A stretch of DNA of 64,000 nt, from contig NW_026262734.1 of NCBI RefSeq assembly GCF_021869535.1, positions 35,650,001 through 35,714,000 of the forward strand. Direction: 5' to 3'. Below are positions 1 through 12,904 of this stretch, one piece after another. The translations under genes were made by a program, and so were the position numbers. This stretch comes from Mytilus californianus (lineage: Eukaryota). How positions within the stretch are numbered: position 1 is the first letter of the stretch; each line of letters starts with the position of its first letter. The notes beneath the pieces were generated by a model, which saw only the letters and a list, made by a program, of their open reading frames with translations, had not been told where the DNA came from and made no database searches.

Positions 1-3000
1 ATATAAACCAGCCCAAGACAGAGAAACTCTGTCAGTTTTATGTGGACCGTTGAAGTGATAACATCACGGATTATATTCCAACTGGTAAGTAGAGTGAATT
101 TAGTGATTCCAAAGGATATATAAATAGTGTTCGGATTTATATGTGGATATTACAATAGTGATTGTGATATAAAGTGAAACTTATATAATAAGTTATTGTA
201 TTAGTGAGAATGCAAGTTGTACTATTGTGGAAGTGTGAATACTTCATAGATGTATATTAGTGAGAATACATGGTGTATACTTGCTGGTGTTGCAAGTTGT
301 TATATTGTGGAAGTGTATAAGTGAAAGTGCACTTCGTTTAACCTTACCAGTTTGGAGAATATTCATTGTGCGGGAACTCATAGGGATAGTTAGTGCGCGA
401 GTTCAGCTGTGTTTATATATATATTCCTTGTGCATGGAAGGATTTGTGCAAGTGTAAATGTGTCATTGTGTTGTTGTTGTTAGTTGCATACTCACAAGGT
501 GATACTACATATTGGTGGACGTTGTAAATAGAAGTTATATATATGTTTGATTTTGTGTTCATATGTTTTGTGTGATACTTACCTGATGCATGTTGCATAG
601 TAATCTGTTGGTGACATTGTGTAATAAAGGGCCTGTTGCATGTTGCATAGTGATCTGTTAGTGACATTGTGAATAAATCGGTCTTATACATGTTGCATAG
701 TGATTGCATAGTGACATTGTGTATATATATTCAGTTATGAAACATTGTGTTTATGCATTGTGAATGAGGTACTTCACCTTGCATTTTGATTTATGTACAT
801 TGTGCTGTGTATATATTTTGCGTTGTGAATCCATTTAAGGATGTGTTAATTGTTTTGAATAGGACAACTGGCTGTGGTGCAAATTTGTGTTTAACACTTG
901 AAATCCTGATTTATTCAGATACGAAAAGTAAAAGGAACATTAAGTCAGTTGATATTGAAATGGCAGATAATCTGTTTGATTCGGAAATTGCAGTTTTAAC
1001 AAGTGAAATTGAAAAATTAGAATACAGCTTAAAACAAAGATTTAGGCATTCACTGCTCAATATTGGTCATATTAATTTATCTACGTTGAAAAGTGTAAAT
1101 GATTCTAGAGATACACTTGTGCTGATTTCATTAAGGATGAAAATGAAGTAACCAGAAATTCTGTTTAGTTTAGGGACATAGGAGCACTTTTCTGAAAACA
1201 TGTCTGTTCAAATTGAATATTTTTGACAAAGAGACTCTGCCTTTAAGACATACAACTAGGCAAATTGAAAATTGTAGAGTAGATGATAAGATATATCATA
1301 TTTGTATATAGTGTACATAGAGTTAAATGTGAGTCCGTCGGATGGGGACGTTAAATCCGATGCCCCATGTACAGGAACATGTCACGCCCTGTGCACGTAA
1401 AAGACCCCTCCTGCAGATTTCGTTAAGAGTAGGCTCCTTGGGGCCGCTGCAGAGGCAAAATTTGTTAGGGACCTTTTAAATTTATTCTTTGGCAGTGACG
1501 CTCAAAATTACAGACGTTAATAGGAAAGAGGTTAATGTTAGAAACAGGGATATTTTGAAGTAGGAAGTTTTAAAAAGTTTTATTCGGACAAAAAGAGAAA
1601 TCCTGTGAATAGTGTTTGTACATCAGAAGAAAGTTCAATATGTTTGATATGGCTGACTGAAATTTGGACATATAGGTAGACTTTGTATCTACGGGTTGTG
1701 CCTTGTGATGTCATCTGTTAAGACCTGATGGACAAAAGTGTAGCCTGACATATTGTCGGATGTAATGGTGCCTGACGTTGTGGTCAGAAGATATATATAT
1801 AATTGAAGATATATATGGTCAGAATCTAACCAAAGTTGTTTGGTATTGTGAAGTGGCAAAGCGGGAAAAGGCTTTGTCTTGATGTATATATGTCCAATGG
1901 AAATAGTGCCTGCACTATGGTAGCGTTTGTGTATGAAAAATGACCACTTTGATAGATGATTTCTCAGCATGTCAGATGTATTCAAGGAGTCATGCGGGAC
2001 GCATGATTTTTGAGGCGTGGGTAGTGTAACGAAAATCGGTCATAGTTCATTTATTTTGATGTGAAATACCAGTTGTCTTTTCCTATTTATTGTGTTTCTA
2101 TATTTATATAAGTTTCTCCATAGTTGGAGCACCATCTGTTACTTAAAACACCCCTAAAGTTGGTATAGTCTTGATTTTCACCCCTTTAAGTATAATGGAC
2201 TGATCCAGATGGTAGTATATAAACCAGCCCAAGACAGAGAAACTCTGTCAGTTTTATGTGGACCGTTGAAGTGATAACATCACGGATTATATTCCAACTG
2301 GTAAGTAGAGTGAATTTAGTGATTCCAAAGGATATATGAATAGTGTTCGGATTTATATGTGGATATTACAATAGTGATTGTGATATAAAGTGAAACTTAT
2401 ATAATAAGTTATTGTATTAGTGAGAATGCAAGTTGTACTATTGTGGAAGTGTGAATACTTCATAGATGTATATTAGTGAGAATACATTGTGTATACTTGC
2501 TGGTGTTGCAAGTTGTTATATTGTGGAAGTGTATAGGTGAAAGTGCACTTCGTTTAACCTTACCAGTTTGGAGAATATTCATTGTGCGGGAACTCATAGG
2601 GATAGTTAGTGCGCGAGTTCAGCTGTGTTTATATATATATTCCTTGTGCATGGAAGGATTTGTGCAAGTGTAAATGTGTCATTGTGTTGTTGTTGTTAGT
2701 TGCATACTCACAAGGTGATACTACATATTGGTGGACGTTGTAAATAGAAGTTATATATATGTTTGATTTTGTGTTCATATGTTTTGTGTGATACTTACCT
2801 GATGCATGTTGCATAGTAATCTGTTGGTGACATTGTGTAATAAAGGGCCTGTTGCATGTTGCATAGTGATCTGTTAGTGACATTGTGAATAAATCGGTCT
2901 TATACATGTTGCATAGTGATTGCATAGTGACATTGTGTATATATATTCAGTTATGAAACATTGTGTTTATGCATTGTGAATGAGGTACTTCACCTTGCAT

Positions 3001-3161
3001 TTTGATTTTTGTACATTGTGCTGTGTATATATTTTGCGTTGTGAATCCATTTAAGGATGTGTTAATTGTTTTGAATAGGACAACTGGCTGTGGTGCAAAT
3101 TTGTGTTTAACACTTGAAATCCTGATTTATTCAGATACGGATCCATTGATCGCCCGTTACA
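1..3161 (+). mobile_element. Non-autonomous LTR retrotransposon (Gypsy-like, inferred): 5' LTR remnant 1-923, internal region 924-2024, 3' LTR 2025-3161
   Basis: 1-923 repeats at 2217-3139 (offset 2216, about 4 mismatches seen by eye). The 3' LTR starts TGTAACG (2025) and ends CGTTACA (3161), just after a purine-rich tract GAGGCGTGGGTAG (2012-2024). No pol ORF; only a possible gag-like start MADNLFDSEIAVL at 960. Confidence 0.8.
1333..1465 (+). mobile_element. Deu/Nin-domain SINE-like fragment inside the LTR element
   Basis: Blocks CGGATGGGGACGTTAAATCCGA...GCACGTAAAAGACCC...TTTCGTTAAGAGTAGG...GCAAAATT resemble the recalled DeuSINE/AmnSINE1 core. No tRNA head seen upstream. Confidence 0.5.
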
Positions 3162-3239
3162 CGTTACAATATTATAGTTTCGCCTGTTTTGGAAGCCCTT
3201 TCGCCATGATGGAATAATGTAAACGCAACACCATAGGTA

Positions 3240-3484
3240 AAGCGGAAGTAATTTAAACATGTAAAACATATATAGCAGGTTTTTTTTCCGCCACTAGATT
3301 TCTACATTATTACACATGTTGCCTGTAAGACACACCTATGCTGAATTCGGTCTTTGGTACTTGTAAGTCACATGTCTGTTCAGTTATAAAGTTCGTTGCA
3401 GACATGCGCACACCTTTAATCAATAATCTAAATAATAGTGTGCAGAAGGAAATCGTTTTATCAACTTTCAAATGTTTGAATCGT
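3240..3484 (-). promoter_or_regulatory. Conserved upstream module, copy A (candidate promoter of a TRIM-like paralogue left of the window)
   Basis: Shares the ordered blocks AAGCGGAAGT, ATTCTACATTATTACA, CATGCGC and TTTCAAATGTTT.AATCG with 12301-12600 and 19313-19617. Confidence 0.45.
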
Positions 3485-3589
3485 ATTTTTGTGTATCTTT
3501 TTTTTTTTTAAATACTGTTCTTGATATTAAATTTACAATTGCACTTATAAAGTCAAATGAAGAGGTGTTGGTTTGTGAGGTACTAATTT

Positions 3590-3778
3590 GGATAATGATT
3601 CTCAATTGAATTGTTTCACATTTTTCATGTCGGGGCCTTTTATAATCGACTAAATGGTATGGGGTTTTCTCATTGTTGAAGGCCGTACGATTGCCTATAA
3701 TCGCATTGAACTTTGGCGGATAGTTGTCTCATTAACAATTATATTATACCATGTATACCACATCTCCTTATTTTTAGA
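3590..3778 (-). repeat. Abundant interspersed repeat of unknown class (AGATGTGGTATGATTGCCAATGAGACAACT family)
   Basis: Related copies at about 27381-27600 (+), 30906-31005 (+) and 34735-35177 (-), plus fragments near 5220 and 44225. Confidence 0.7.
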
Positions 3779-3794
3779 TTAAATGTTTGCTTAA

Positions 3795-4474
3795 AGGGGC
3801 ATTAGCTGTCAAATTCATGTTTACCGATTTGACTCAAATTCTCATATTTGATTTATAACATATTAAAACGTATATCCAAATTACAAAAAGTCTGAAATAA
3901 ACAATTAACAATGCATGGACTCGATAATATGTATTAACTTTTCGTGTGCAATTTTCTCTAGACGTCATCTAATTAACCATCGAGATGACCTCCGGAGACT
4001 GCCAACGGTCATATAATCAGATATAAACATAAAATTAAATAGATAACGACCACGTGCAACTGGATTTTTCTAGGTCTGTTTGATTTCATATTGTAGGTTG
4101 AAAAGTATGTTTATCATCGTTTTTACCTGTATAAGAATAATTTTTGTGTGGATCGAATCAGTCAACCAAATGGTTCATCCTTGTTTCACTTTTCAATGTT
4201 GACATTCTTTTCCTTTTAATAGATGAATAATGCGTAACCAAGCTCCAGCTAAGGGGTTAACTATTGAAGGTCACATGAATACGGATTCAATGAGGTCGAA
4301 TTATTCACGTGCAAGTGAAAAATTCATCAGCGATGTTTCTTAGCTTGTTTTGACAAAATTGAACCAAATTGCCTGCTAAAAGCGAATTATTATTTCACCA
4401 TATCACTTTCATTAATGATTGAACAAAAAAAAATCATATTGTAATTGTTTTTATTTCTCGTAGCTAATGCCCCT
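3795..4474. mobile_element. Kolobok-like MITE
   Basis: 13-bp TIR AGGGGCATTAGCT/AGCTAATGCCCCT flanked by TTAA on both sides (3791-3794, 4475-4478); no ORF. Confidence 0.75.
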
Positions 4475-5618
4475 TTAACGTCCAGTGGGAACTATTGCAT
4501 TCACAATCACGACGAGAACAAATCAGCAATTAGAGAAGGTAGTTCGATCGGATTTAAGGGAAGGAAATTTGGGCTGTCACTGAAAAAAAAGGATTTGTCG
4601 GATAGGGTCGGGAATAGCCTTGCAACAGACAATATGTTGCAAGGGATTTTTAACGAACAGAGAAAGAGTACTCACCCTTTAAAGCTAATCGAATTTAACG
4701 GTTCCATTTTTTTTTTGTTCTATCTTGTACCTTCGTATTCACTACAAATACAACACTTCAATGATTCTTTCTATATAAAATTAATCGAATAGCGAAAATG
4801 AATAAGATTTCTGTCCGTCCGTTCGTTCGTCCAACAAATATTTTCGTCACATTTTTTTTTATGTATGTCGATAGGTTGCTGTTTTGTTTGCGCATACATG
4901 TATATTCACATGTATTGGTATGTATGATTTGTTATCAAGACTCCATGTTTCCACGTACGAATCAGTATCACAGTAAAATGTATAATATTGGCTTTATTTT
5001 GTAACGTCTTTGTATTGACGTATTGATCGTCGGCTTAATACATTGGTGTCCAGCATAATTACGGGCTATCAGTTCCAAAAACAGATGAGTTAAACATAGA
5101 TTTCGGCTATATTTCCTTATGTTTGTGATGGTCCTGAACTCTTATAAGCCTTAGGGGCATGAGTAACACGACGTGTGTCACTAATTTAGTAGGAACAATT
5201 TATTCTTCCAGAGCACCTGATTAGGAGATGTGGTATGATTACCACTGAGATGAGATAACTATCCACGTAAAGCAAACAACAATCAATCATTTAAGTACGA
5301 TAAACTGATGATGATTAATAGGACATAAATCTTATCCCTGTTCAAAGAAAATAGTACATTAATGTTAAATAATCAAGCTATCAATATTTGAGCGCACGAC
5401 ATGAGTTTCTTCATCGAATAAGCTTTTCACGACAAATGATATCATATAATAGTTGTGTAAAAATTGCATCGTAATATTAGACGAGTTTCCAATTTCCAAT
5501 TATGAATCAAATGCCTCGGTCGGCCTGGGGTTTATCTGGGGGAAAGGGGCTTGGGGGGTTGGCGTCATAGGACATAATGAGGTGTGAGGTCAATTTTTTC
5601 CGTGAGAAATTGGCATAC

Positions 5619-6251
5619 ATGTCCAAGACATACTAAGATGTCGATATCGTCGATATCGACAATGTCGACACAATATCGAATCGATATCGGTGAACTTATA
5701 CACTCATATCATAACCAGATGTAGATTTTGATGACGAAACCAATGACAAAACCTGATGTTGATATCGTCGATATCGACATCTTAAAACAGACGAAACAGG
5801 AGAAACTAAATTGTCTATACAGATAACTGTAGGAGATAAACATTTGGAACATATTTTTTCGATATCGACACGATGTCGTCGATATCGACATCTAAAATAG
5901 ACGATCTGGGAGAAACTAAAATTGTTTAAATACATAACTGTAAAAAAGATAGACATTTGGAACATAATGTGTCGATATCGTCGATATCGACATCTTAAAA
6001 CATACGAACCAGGAGAAACCAAATTGTCTATATAGATTATCGTAGTAGATAGTCATTTGAAACATAATGTGTCGATATCGACTTGATATCGTCGATGTCG
6101 TCAATATCGACATCTTTATTAGATGAACCAGGAGAAACTAAATTATCTTTATAGAAAAATGTAGCAGATAAACATTTGGATCATTATTTGTCGATATCGA
6201 CTCGATATCGTTGATGTCGTCGATATCGAGACTACATTGTGTCTTGGACAT
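5619..6251. mobile_element. MITE with internal ~105-120 bp tandem repeats rich in GTCGATATCGAC palindromes
   Basis: TIR ATGTCCAAGACA/TGTCTTGGACAT. GGAGAAAC marks units at about 5800, 5909, 6012 and 6130. Confidence 0.7.
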
Positions 6252-6642
6252 ACGATCATGTATTGATATAATGTTATAGGTTTTCTTAGTTTTCTTAATT
6301 TTTTAATGACTATAAAGAGATATAGGATTTACGTAAATGAGACGGCAATCGAAATACAAAAACACATCAAAAAAAAGTATGTATAGGGTATGATACATAC
6401 TTCAACAATGGACGGGTATCTATACATGTCATACATTATGGCATAAGGATAATAGTTGCGCTGAAAGGTGCCCAGATAGCTCTAAATAATCCCGGGTTAT
6501 ACAAGTTGCGAAAAGATTAAAGAGAAAATTCAAAAATCTTTTATGAAATGTTAGATCCTTACAGAAATTTCAAGGTTACATATTATTCTACTTGTATATT
6601 AAAATATTTCTTAGTAGCAAAAGCAACTGCATCTTCTAATAA

Positions 6643-8301
6643 CTATTTGCACTTGTAAACCAATAACGTCTTATTTTCGTCCAATCCAACATACAATTTA
6701 CTTAAATCTGGACTAAATCGCAAGGCAAGCGGGGAATCAAAACATTCTTTGTTACCATTAGTAACAATAATGTCAATGAATGAACCATCTGGAGCAAGCC
6801 GATGAATATTCTTACTTTTTTTGTCAGCAACATATATACATCCATATCTATCTTCAACTACACCACGTGCTTCTTTTGTCGCGGTGTATTTAAATACACT
6901 TGTATCATCAAATAACCGAATGCAGTAAAGCTTACGGTAGTTCGTGTAAAGAATTGTGTCGTCTCGCCTTTTAACTATACAACGAATGTGGCCTTTTTTG
7001 GGCACTTCAATCGTTCGATTAACTTTACCGTCCATTGTTATTATGTCCAAAACACCATCTCCACCGACAATAAAAGCGTTATTGAATGTTTCTATAGAAT
7101 AATAATTTTTCTCAGTATTTATTTCTCGAATGGAAGATAAACTGACAGCATCGATGATCAAAATGCTACTCTTTAATGGCATTGTAACTGCGGCCTGTTC
7201 ATTATTAGGCATGATTTTTATTTGATATGGACGGTTATCTAAGTCCTTTTTCTGTATAAAAGTACCATCATCATTATACTGAAGTATTGTGTTTGCAAAA
7301 TAGCTACATAAGAGTAATACATTGTTGCTTGTCAATTCGATTCCCGATATTGAGCCAGTTTCGTGTAACGCTAAATAAATAGGTTCATTAAACGTTAGTG
7401 ATAACACGGCAGGAACAAACTGAGCTTTCTTTTGCAACTGAGAGATATGTTCGATATCACACGGCTGGTTCTGTATAGTTATTGAAGAAAGGGCTGATAT
7501 AATGTTGGACAAGTCTTCTTTGACAATGTATTTCAGAGCAACATTCGTCGTTTTTATTAAGTTGTCTTGCAGTCTCGCTTCTACTTCTGATATTTTATTT
7601 TTCGATTTTTCAACTAAACGAAACAATTGGCTATTAGAACCATGCTTCATAATGAAATCAAGATCTTGCTTTGTCTTCTGCATATATTCATTCATTGCGT
7701 TTGCCTCTGTTATCTCAGCATCAAGCTGTGATAAAGTTTCGTCTTTTAGTTTTGCTAAATTAGAGAAAAGAGATTGTTCAAGCGAATCAACGTGTTGCAG
7801 TAGACATTGTTTAAGCTTGACAATTGATGTTTTACACATTGTTTCTTGCGAATATATCGACTCTTTGTTATTTTTGCGATTTTCTTTTACTGAGTCAAAA
7901 GTTCTCAATAACGAAGACACTGCTTTTGATACATCTTCAACTATTGCTGACGACTTGATTCCACTAGACACATCATCAATTAATTCAATCTTCTCACATG
8001 CTCGATGACTTTGAAGAATGCATGTATGACAACAAACGACGTCATGAAATGAACAATAAAAGTCAACGATCTTTTCTGGATGAATATCACAGAAACGTAA
8101 TTTGATGACAGTTTCTTTCGGAATAACCGGTAAGTCGTGTATCTCGGTAACATGGTGTGACATAGTCAGCTTACCTACTCGGTGAGCTTTGTTGCAAACG
8201 GCACATAATATTTCATCACAGTCAGAACACCAGCTGTAACCATATGAGACAGTATCACCTCTTGAACATGGTTCGCAGACAAGTTGATCGTTTGATGCCA
8301 T
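6643..8301 (-). CDS. RING-less TRIM-like protein (B-box1, B-box2, coiled coil, NHL-like beta-propeller), 552 aa
   Basis: ORF with CEPC..CSDCDEILCAVCNKAH and CDIH..YCSFHDVVCCHTCILQSH, a coiled-coil middle, and propeller motifs (IYVAD, IHRLAPDG). Splice acceptor TTTCCAG lies 11 nt upstream of the ATG (exon starts 8312). Confidence 0.92.
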   Translation of the reverse strand: MASNDQLVCEPCSRGDTVSYGYSWCSDCDEILCAVCNKAHRVGKLTMSHHVTEIHDLPVIPKETVIKLRFCDIHPEKIVDFYCSFHDVVCCHTCILQSHRACEKIELIDDVSSGIKSSAIVEDVSKAVSSLLRTFDSVKENRKNNKESIYSQETMCKTSIVKLKQCLLQHVDSLEQSLFSNLAKLKDETLSQLDAEITEANAMNEYMQKTKQDLDFIMKHGSNSQLFRLVEKSKNKISEVEARLQDNLIKTTNVALKYIVKEDLSNIISALSSITIQNQPCDIEHISQLQKKAQFVPAVLSLTFNEPIYLALHETGSISGIELTSNNVLLLCSYFANTILQYNDDGTFIQKKDLDNRPYQIKIMPNNEQAAVTMPLKSSILIIDAVSLSSIREINTEKNYYSIETFNNAFIVGGDGVLDIITMDGKVNRTIEVPKKGHIRCIVKRRDDTILYTNYRKLYCIRLFDDTSVFKYTATKEARGVVEDRYGCIYVADKKSKNIHRLAPDGSFIDIIVTNGNKECFDSPLALRFSPDLSKLYVGLDENKTLLVYKCK

Positions 8302-8506
8302 GTGAAGTTAACCTGGAAAGAAATCATTAGGAATTAAACCTTGAGTTTCAATGACAATCAGAAAAAAAATACAAACAGGGCTAAAGCAAAGGTTAGATCC
8401 TCCAATGTTTGATGAAAAGTCTTGAAAACCAATCCAATAAGACAATAATTAAGACTTTCAAATTAAGCAAGAACAAGGAAATTTAATAATCGATCGTCAC
8501 GCATAT

Positions 8507-9915
8507 CAGTGGCGGATCCAGAGGGGGGCGTAGAGGGCGTACGCCCCCCCCCCCCCTTTTGCTTGCACTTTTTTTTGTTTTTTTTTTTTTGTAAAATGAT
8601 TAATCAGACTAGACTTCGCGAACTTTGCCATTTCCCGTGTATTTAATTTTTATGCGACAATTCTTTACTTATAAAGATATTTTTCGCTCGTATTTACTGT
8701 AATATATTGTTGATTATGTCAAAGTCATGTGATTCGCTACGGTGGAGTTGACCAGTACGTCGAAAAAAACGTCACTCAGTCATTTTGAAATTCAAATTAC
8801 AGTAACACATTGATTAGGCTGAGGATGACAAGCATGACGCCTTCAAAGCTACAAAGTATTGAGCAAGAACGTATTGACTTCTATTTCACAATTCCACCCA
8901 ACAGAAAGTAATACTCTATTACACTCTCATGAAAAAAAAAGTTCCACAGCAGTATTATTTACCTACGAAAACATGTTTAACCCCACACGCCCCAGCCCAT
9001 TAATAACATTGCTGAATAGTGATCCCCAGTCAGTAAGCTCTAGATATAGATTTAAAGTCTAAGGTACGGACCATTTGATTTGAGGGGGCAGTCTGAGATA
9101 TTTTAGAATACAAATTCTGACCTTGATTTTTGCCTTAAACAAAAATTCTGGCCGTATGTGGATTGAAAACAATAATCTTGTCCACTTTTTTGCTATTAGA
9201 AAAAAATATTTTCAACAAAATTATTTAGCATTAAATGAACATGATGAATAAAAAACGGGCGTAAATTTTTTTTTTTGGGGGGGGGGGGGGGTTGCATGTG
9301 AATCCCATATCTGACCGGAATGTCTGTTTCGCCGAACTGATATACTGAATACTTTTTTCAAGGCCCGACTGCAACCTGCCTGCTGGGTGTGGCCTATATG
9401 TCTCCATGTGTCAACCGTCATTCACAACTGCATTGTCATTTCCAACTCATTCGTAGCCTTTGATTGATTTGGAACCCCTCACTTCCCTTGTTGGTTGAAA
9501 CATTTTAACCAAACATTTGGATAAAAATTGCTTGTTTGTCTTTCTTCGTGTCGGTCGTATATGAAATTTCATTGAATAGCCGTATATCTTGTTTACAACA
9601 AGAAATCTGTGAGGTTATGCTAACTAACCATACAACAAACGAGAATTTTCCATGTCCATTTTTTACTGACAAATCCCACATCAAATATATTAATTAGTAC
9701 ATAGCTTTGGATCCATCCAATCATTTTATAATAGACAATAAATGGAGAGAATACGGCACCAAAAATGTCCAACCCCTACACTTTAACTATAAAATGCATT
9801 TTCAACTTATTTTATGTTTTTTAGCCAAAAAAAGGTCCAAAAAATTTTTTGCCTCGCTACGCTCGGCGAACTTTAAAACTACGCCCCCCTTTCCAAAATC
9901 CTGGATCCGCCCCTG
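8507..9915. mobile_element. hAT-like non-autonomous element
   Basis: TIR CAGTGGCGGATCCAG / CTGGATCCGCCCCTG (14/15). A 5-bp direct repeat CATAT flanks it (8502-8506, 9916-9920). Confidence 0.6.
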
Positions 9916-9934
9916 CATATATTTCCACAAAAGT

Positions 9935-10200
9935 GAACTTATAGAAGAGAGAGGTGAAAGATATCAAAGGGATATTCCAATTCATAAGTCGAAAACAAAC
10001 TGACAATGCCATGGAAAAACAGAAAACGACCAAAAGACAAACAACAGTACACTAAACACAACATAGGAACTAAAGGATGAGCAACACAAACCCACCAAAA
10101 AACCGGTGGTGATCTCATGTGCTCCGGGATGGTAAGCAGATCCTGCTCCACAAGTGACACCCGTGGTGTTGCTCGTTTAAGTACCAAGTTGGTGACAAGT
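9935..10200 (-). repeat. Short interspersed repeat, probably derived from a retroelement 3' end (GGAGCAGGATCTGCTTACCATCCCGGAGCACATG family)
   Basis: Degenerate relatives near 5160-5220 and 20565-20700. Class assignment is recollection only. Confidence 0.5.
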
Positions 10201-10626
10201 CTAATTCGTATTTAAATTTAAATTTAAAAAAACTATTTAATAAACATAAGGGGAAAAATTAACTTAAAAACGAATGATCACTTATATACGAAAATTTTAT
10301 CTATCCCGATTATGTTGTCATTTAGCAACAATCCTATTGTCTGGCTTTTACACCAATAAAGTCTTATTTTATCTTCTTATCTTAGCATGGGTTTTACAAC
10401 CGGATGGGTCATAAACTATAAGTGTACTATTTCATACTGCATGTGTCACATTCAGGACATGTATCTTTTTTTGAAAATAATACTTGAGTTTCTTACTTGG
10501 TATATTTCTTATGTATAAGGGAAAGATGTTCTGAAACATCTTCCATAGACTGGAACATTTTTTTTCTCAATTACTTTAGAGAGACAGTGAATGTAACATA
10601 AAACTAGAATTACCAGCACTATCATT

Positions 10627-11495
10627 AACTAGAGGCTCCAAGGAGCCTGTGTCGCTCATCTGATATTTTTGTTTACAATTGATGCATGAAATAATGCAAC
10701 CATTATACTTTTGCTTTAGTTTCAGAGATATAAGCCAAAAACTGCATTTTACCCCTATGTTCTATTTTTTAGCCATGTCGGCCATGTTGGTTGGCAAGCG
10801 GGGTCATCGGACACATTTTTTAAACTAAATACCCTAATGATGATTGTGGCCAAGTTTGGTTAAATTTGTCTCATTAGTTTCAGAGAAGAAGATTTTTGTA
10901 AAAGATGACAAAAATTTACGAAAAATTGTTAAAAATTGACGTTAAAGGGCAATAACTCCTTAAGGGTCAATTGACAATTTTGATCATGTTGACTTATTTG
11001 TAGATCTTATTTTGCTGAACATTATTGCTCTTTACAGTTTATCTCTATCTATAATAATAGTCAAGATAATAACAAAAAACTGCAAAATTTCCTTAAAATT
11101 ACCAATTCAGGGGCAGCAACCCAACAACGGGTTGTCTGATTCGTCTGAAAATTTCAGGGTAGATATATCTTAACCTGATGAACATTGTAACCCCCATGTC
11201 AGATTTACTCTAAATGCTTTAGTTTCAGAGATATAAGCCAAAAACTGCATTTTACCCCTATGTTCTATTTTTATCCATGTCAGCCATCTTGGTTGGAAGG
11301 TGGGGTCATCGGACACATTTTTTAAACTAGATACCCCAATGATGATAGTAGCCAAGTTTGGTTAACTTTGGCCAAGTAGTTTCAGAGGAGAAGATTTTTG
11401 TAAAAGTTAACGACGACGGACGACGACGACGGACGACGACGACGGACAACAACGACGACGGACGACGGACGCCAAGTGATGAGAAAGCTAAGGCC
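10627..11495 (-). mobile_element. Helentron-type non-autonomous element (HINE/DINE-1-like), truncated at one end
   Basis: (GAC)n/GGAC microsatellite at 11410-11470, an internal repeat recurring at about 10716 and 11218, and end AACTAGAGGCTC..GAGCCTG. Confidence 0.65.
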
Positions 11496-12300
11496 AAGTT
11501 ATATAAAAAGGATAACTTCCCATATGACTCGACTGAACAAAGCAATGCACGACATTATACACGCCTGATAAACCATCAAATCACAACCAAATGGTAACGC
11601 GAGAAAAAAAAAAACTTACTTGGATTTTCTGATGAGATTTTCGGGTATAAAATATCAATACTATAGATAGGGTAGGTCAATTTATTGTCAATCTCTGATT
11701 ATTTTTTTTTTTGTTAAATAGAAGAATGTCATGCCATTAAGCTGAATATGTTATGAAGTATTGTCTGTTATCGGTTGTGACATTATGGAACAATGTTGAG
11801 ATCTTCTGTTGAATAAAATTACCAACTATTTAACAGAGAATAATGGACAAAAAGTGAAGAACAAATGGCAGACAAAAAAACCCAAGTGATAGAGAAAAAA
11901 AGGCAACAAAACAAAGCATAGATAAAAAACGCAAAAAAAATTAAGAATAGAAAACAATGAGTGCTTAAATATCAAGAATAGAGAACAATAGGCAAAATGA
12001 ATAAAGAATTGTCTAAAAAAAATCAGAATAAAGAAATGAAGAACCCAACATCCAGACACTCATTGATTTTAACAGTTTATTTTAAACTCACTGTTAATAT
12101 GTACCAGCTATTTGTTATTCATTTAATTTTAAATATTTAGCCATGTTGGAATATACAATTACGCGAAGGGTCGATGACTTTTTCAAAGCAATTCAGATAA
12201 AAATTTACCTATCAAATGTATCAGGGTCCAACAAAAGTCTCATTCACCGTGTTCACATGTGTCTCATTTCGATATTAAAAGTTGGGGTAACATGAAGTAC

Positions 12301-12600
12301 AAGCGGAAGTAATATAGATTGTACCTTTGTATACATACATACCACTTGTATTCTACATTATTACATCAGTTACAATAATAACACACCTGTGTCAGATTCG
12401 TTCTATGACAGCTTCGAACAATGAGTTTGATTCTAGCAATATATTCTTAAATCATCATGCAGGTAGGAAGATAGAAAAAATAGTTCCTTGCAAGCATGCG
12501 CGCTCCTTTTTATCAATAATCAAAGGTGAACTTAATTTAATCAGTGACGTACATTGTAACGGGAAACCTTTTTATCTAATTTTCAAATCTTTAAATCGAC
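12301..12600 (-). promoter_or_regulatory. Conserved upstream module, copy B (candidate promoter of TRIM-like 6643-8301)
   Basis: ETS-like GCGGAAGT and NRF1-like GCATGCGCGC. A minus-strand donor candidate AG|GTAAAT sits at 12208 for a non-coding first exon. Confidence 0.5.
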
Positions 12601-12904
12601 ATAGTCATGTATCTAACATGCATGAAAACTGTATCTTTCCTGTATAAAAACTAATTCTAAATAGTGTAAGATGTTGCGCGTGTGCATGGAAATAATTTAG
12701 CATATATTTTTTTCACATATGCCTTGGTCAATTCTTTTATAGCAATTACTTCGGGTAGAGTAAAATCGAAACTTGAGAAATTCTTAATTTTGAAAAAAAA
12801 AATACTGCATATATTTAAATAGCAGTGCATGGATAATTATATACACATCGTTATACATATTCAGTTTTCCACAAAACTTACATTTTGTATATGAAGGGTT
12901 TTGG

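Noticed and set aside
260-3269. Short duplicated ORFs (65-121 aa)
   Set aside because: They lie in the LTRs, are duplicated only because the LTR is, and have no recognisable domains.
7502-8008. 168-aa plus-strand ORF (also 17415-17660)
   Set aside because: Antisense shadows of the TRIM-like coiled-coil coding regions.
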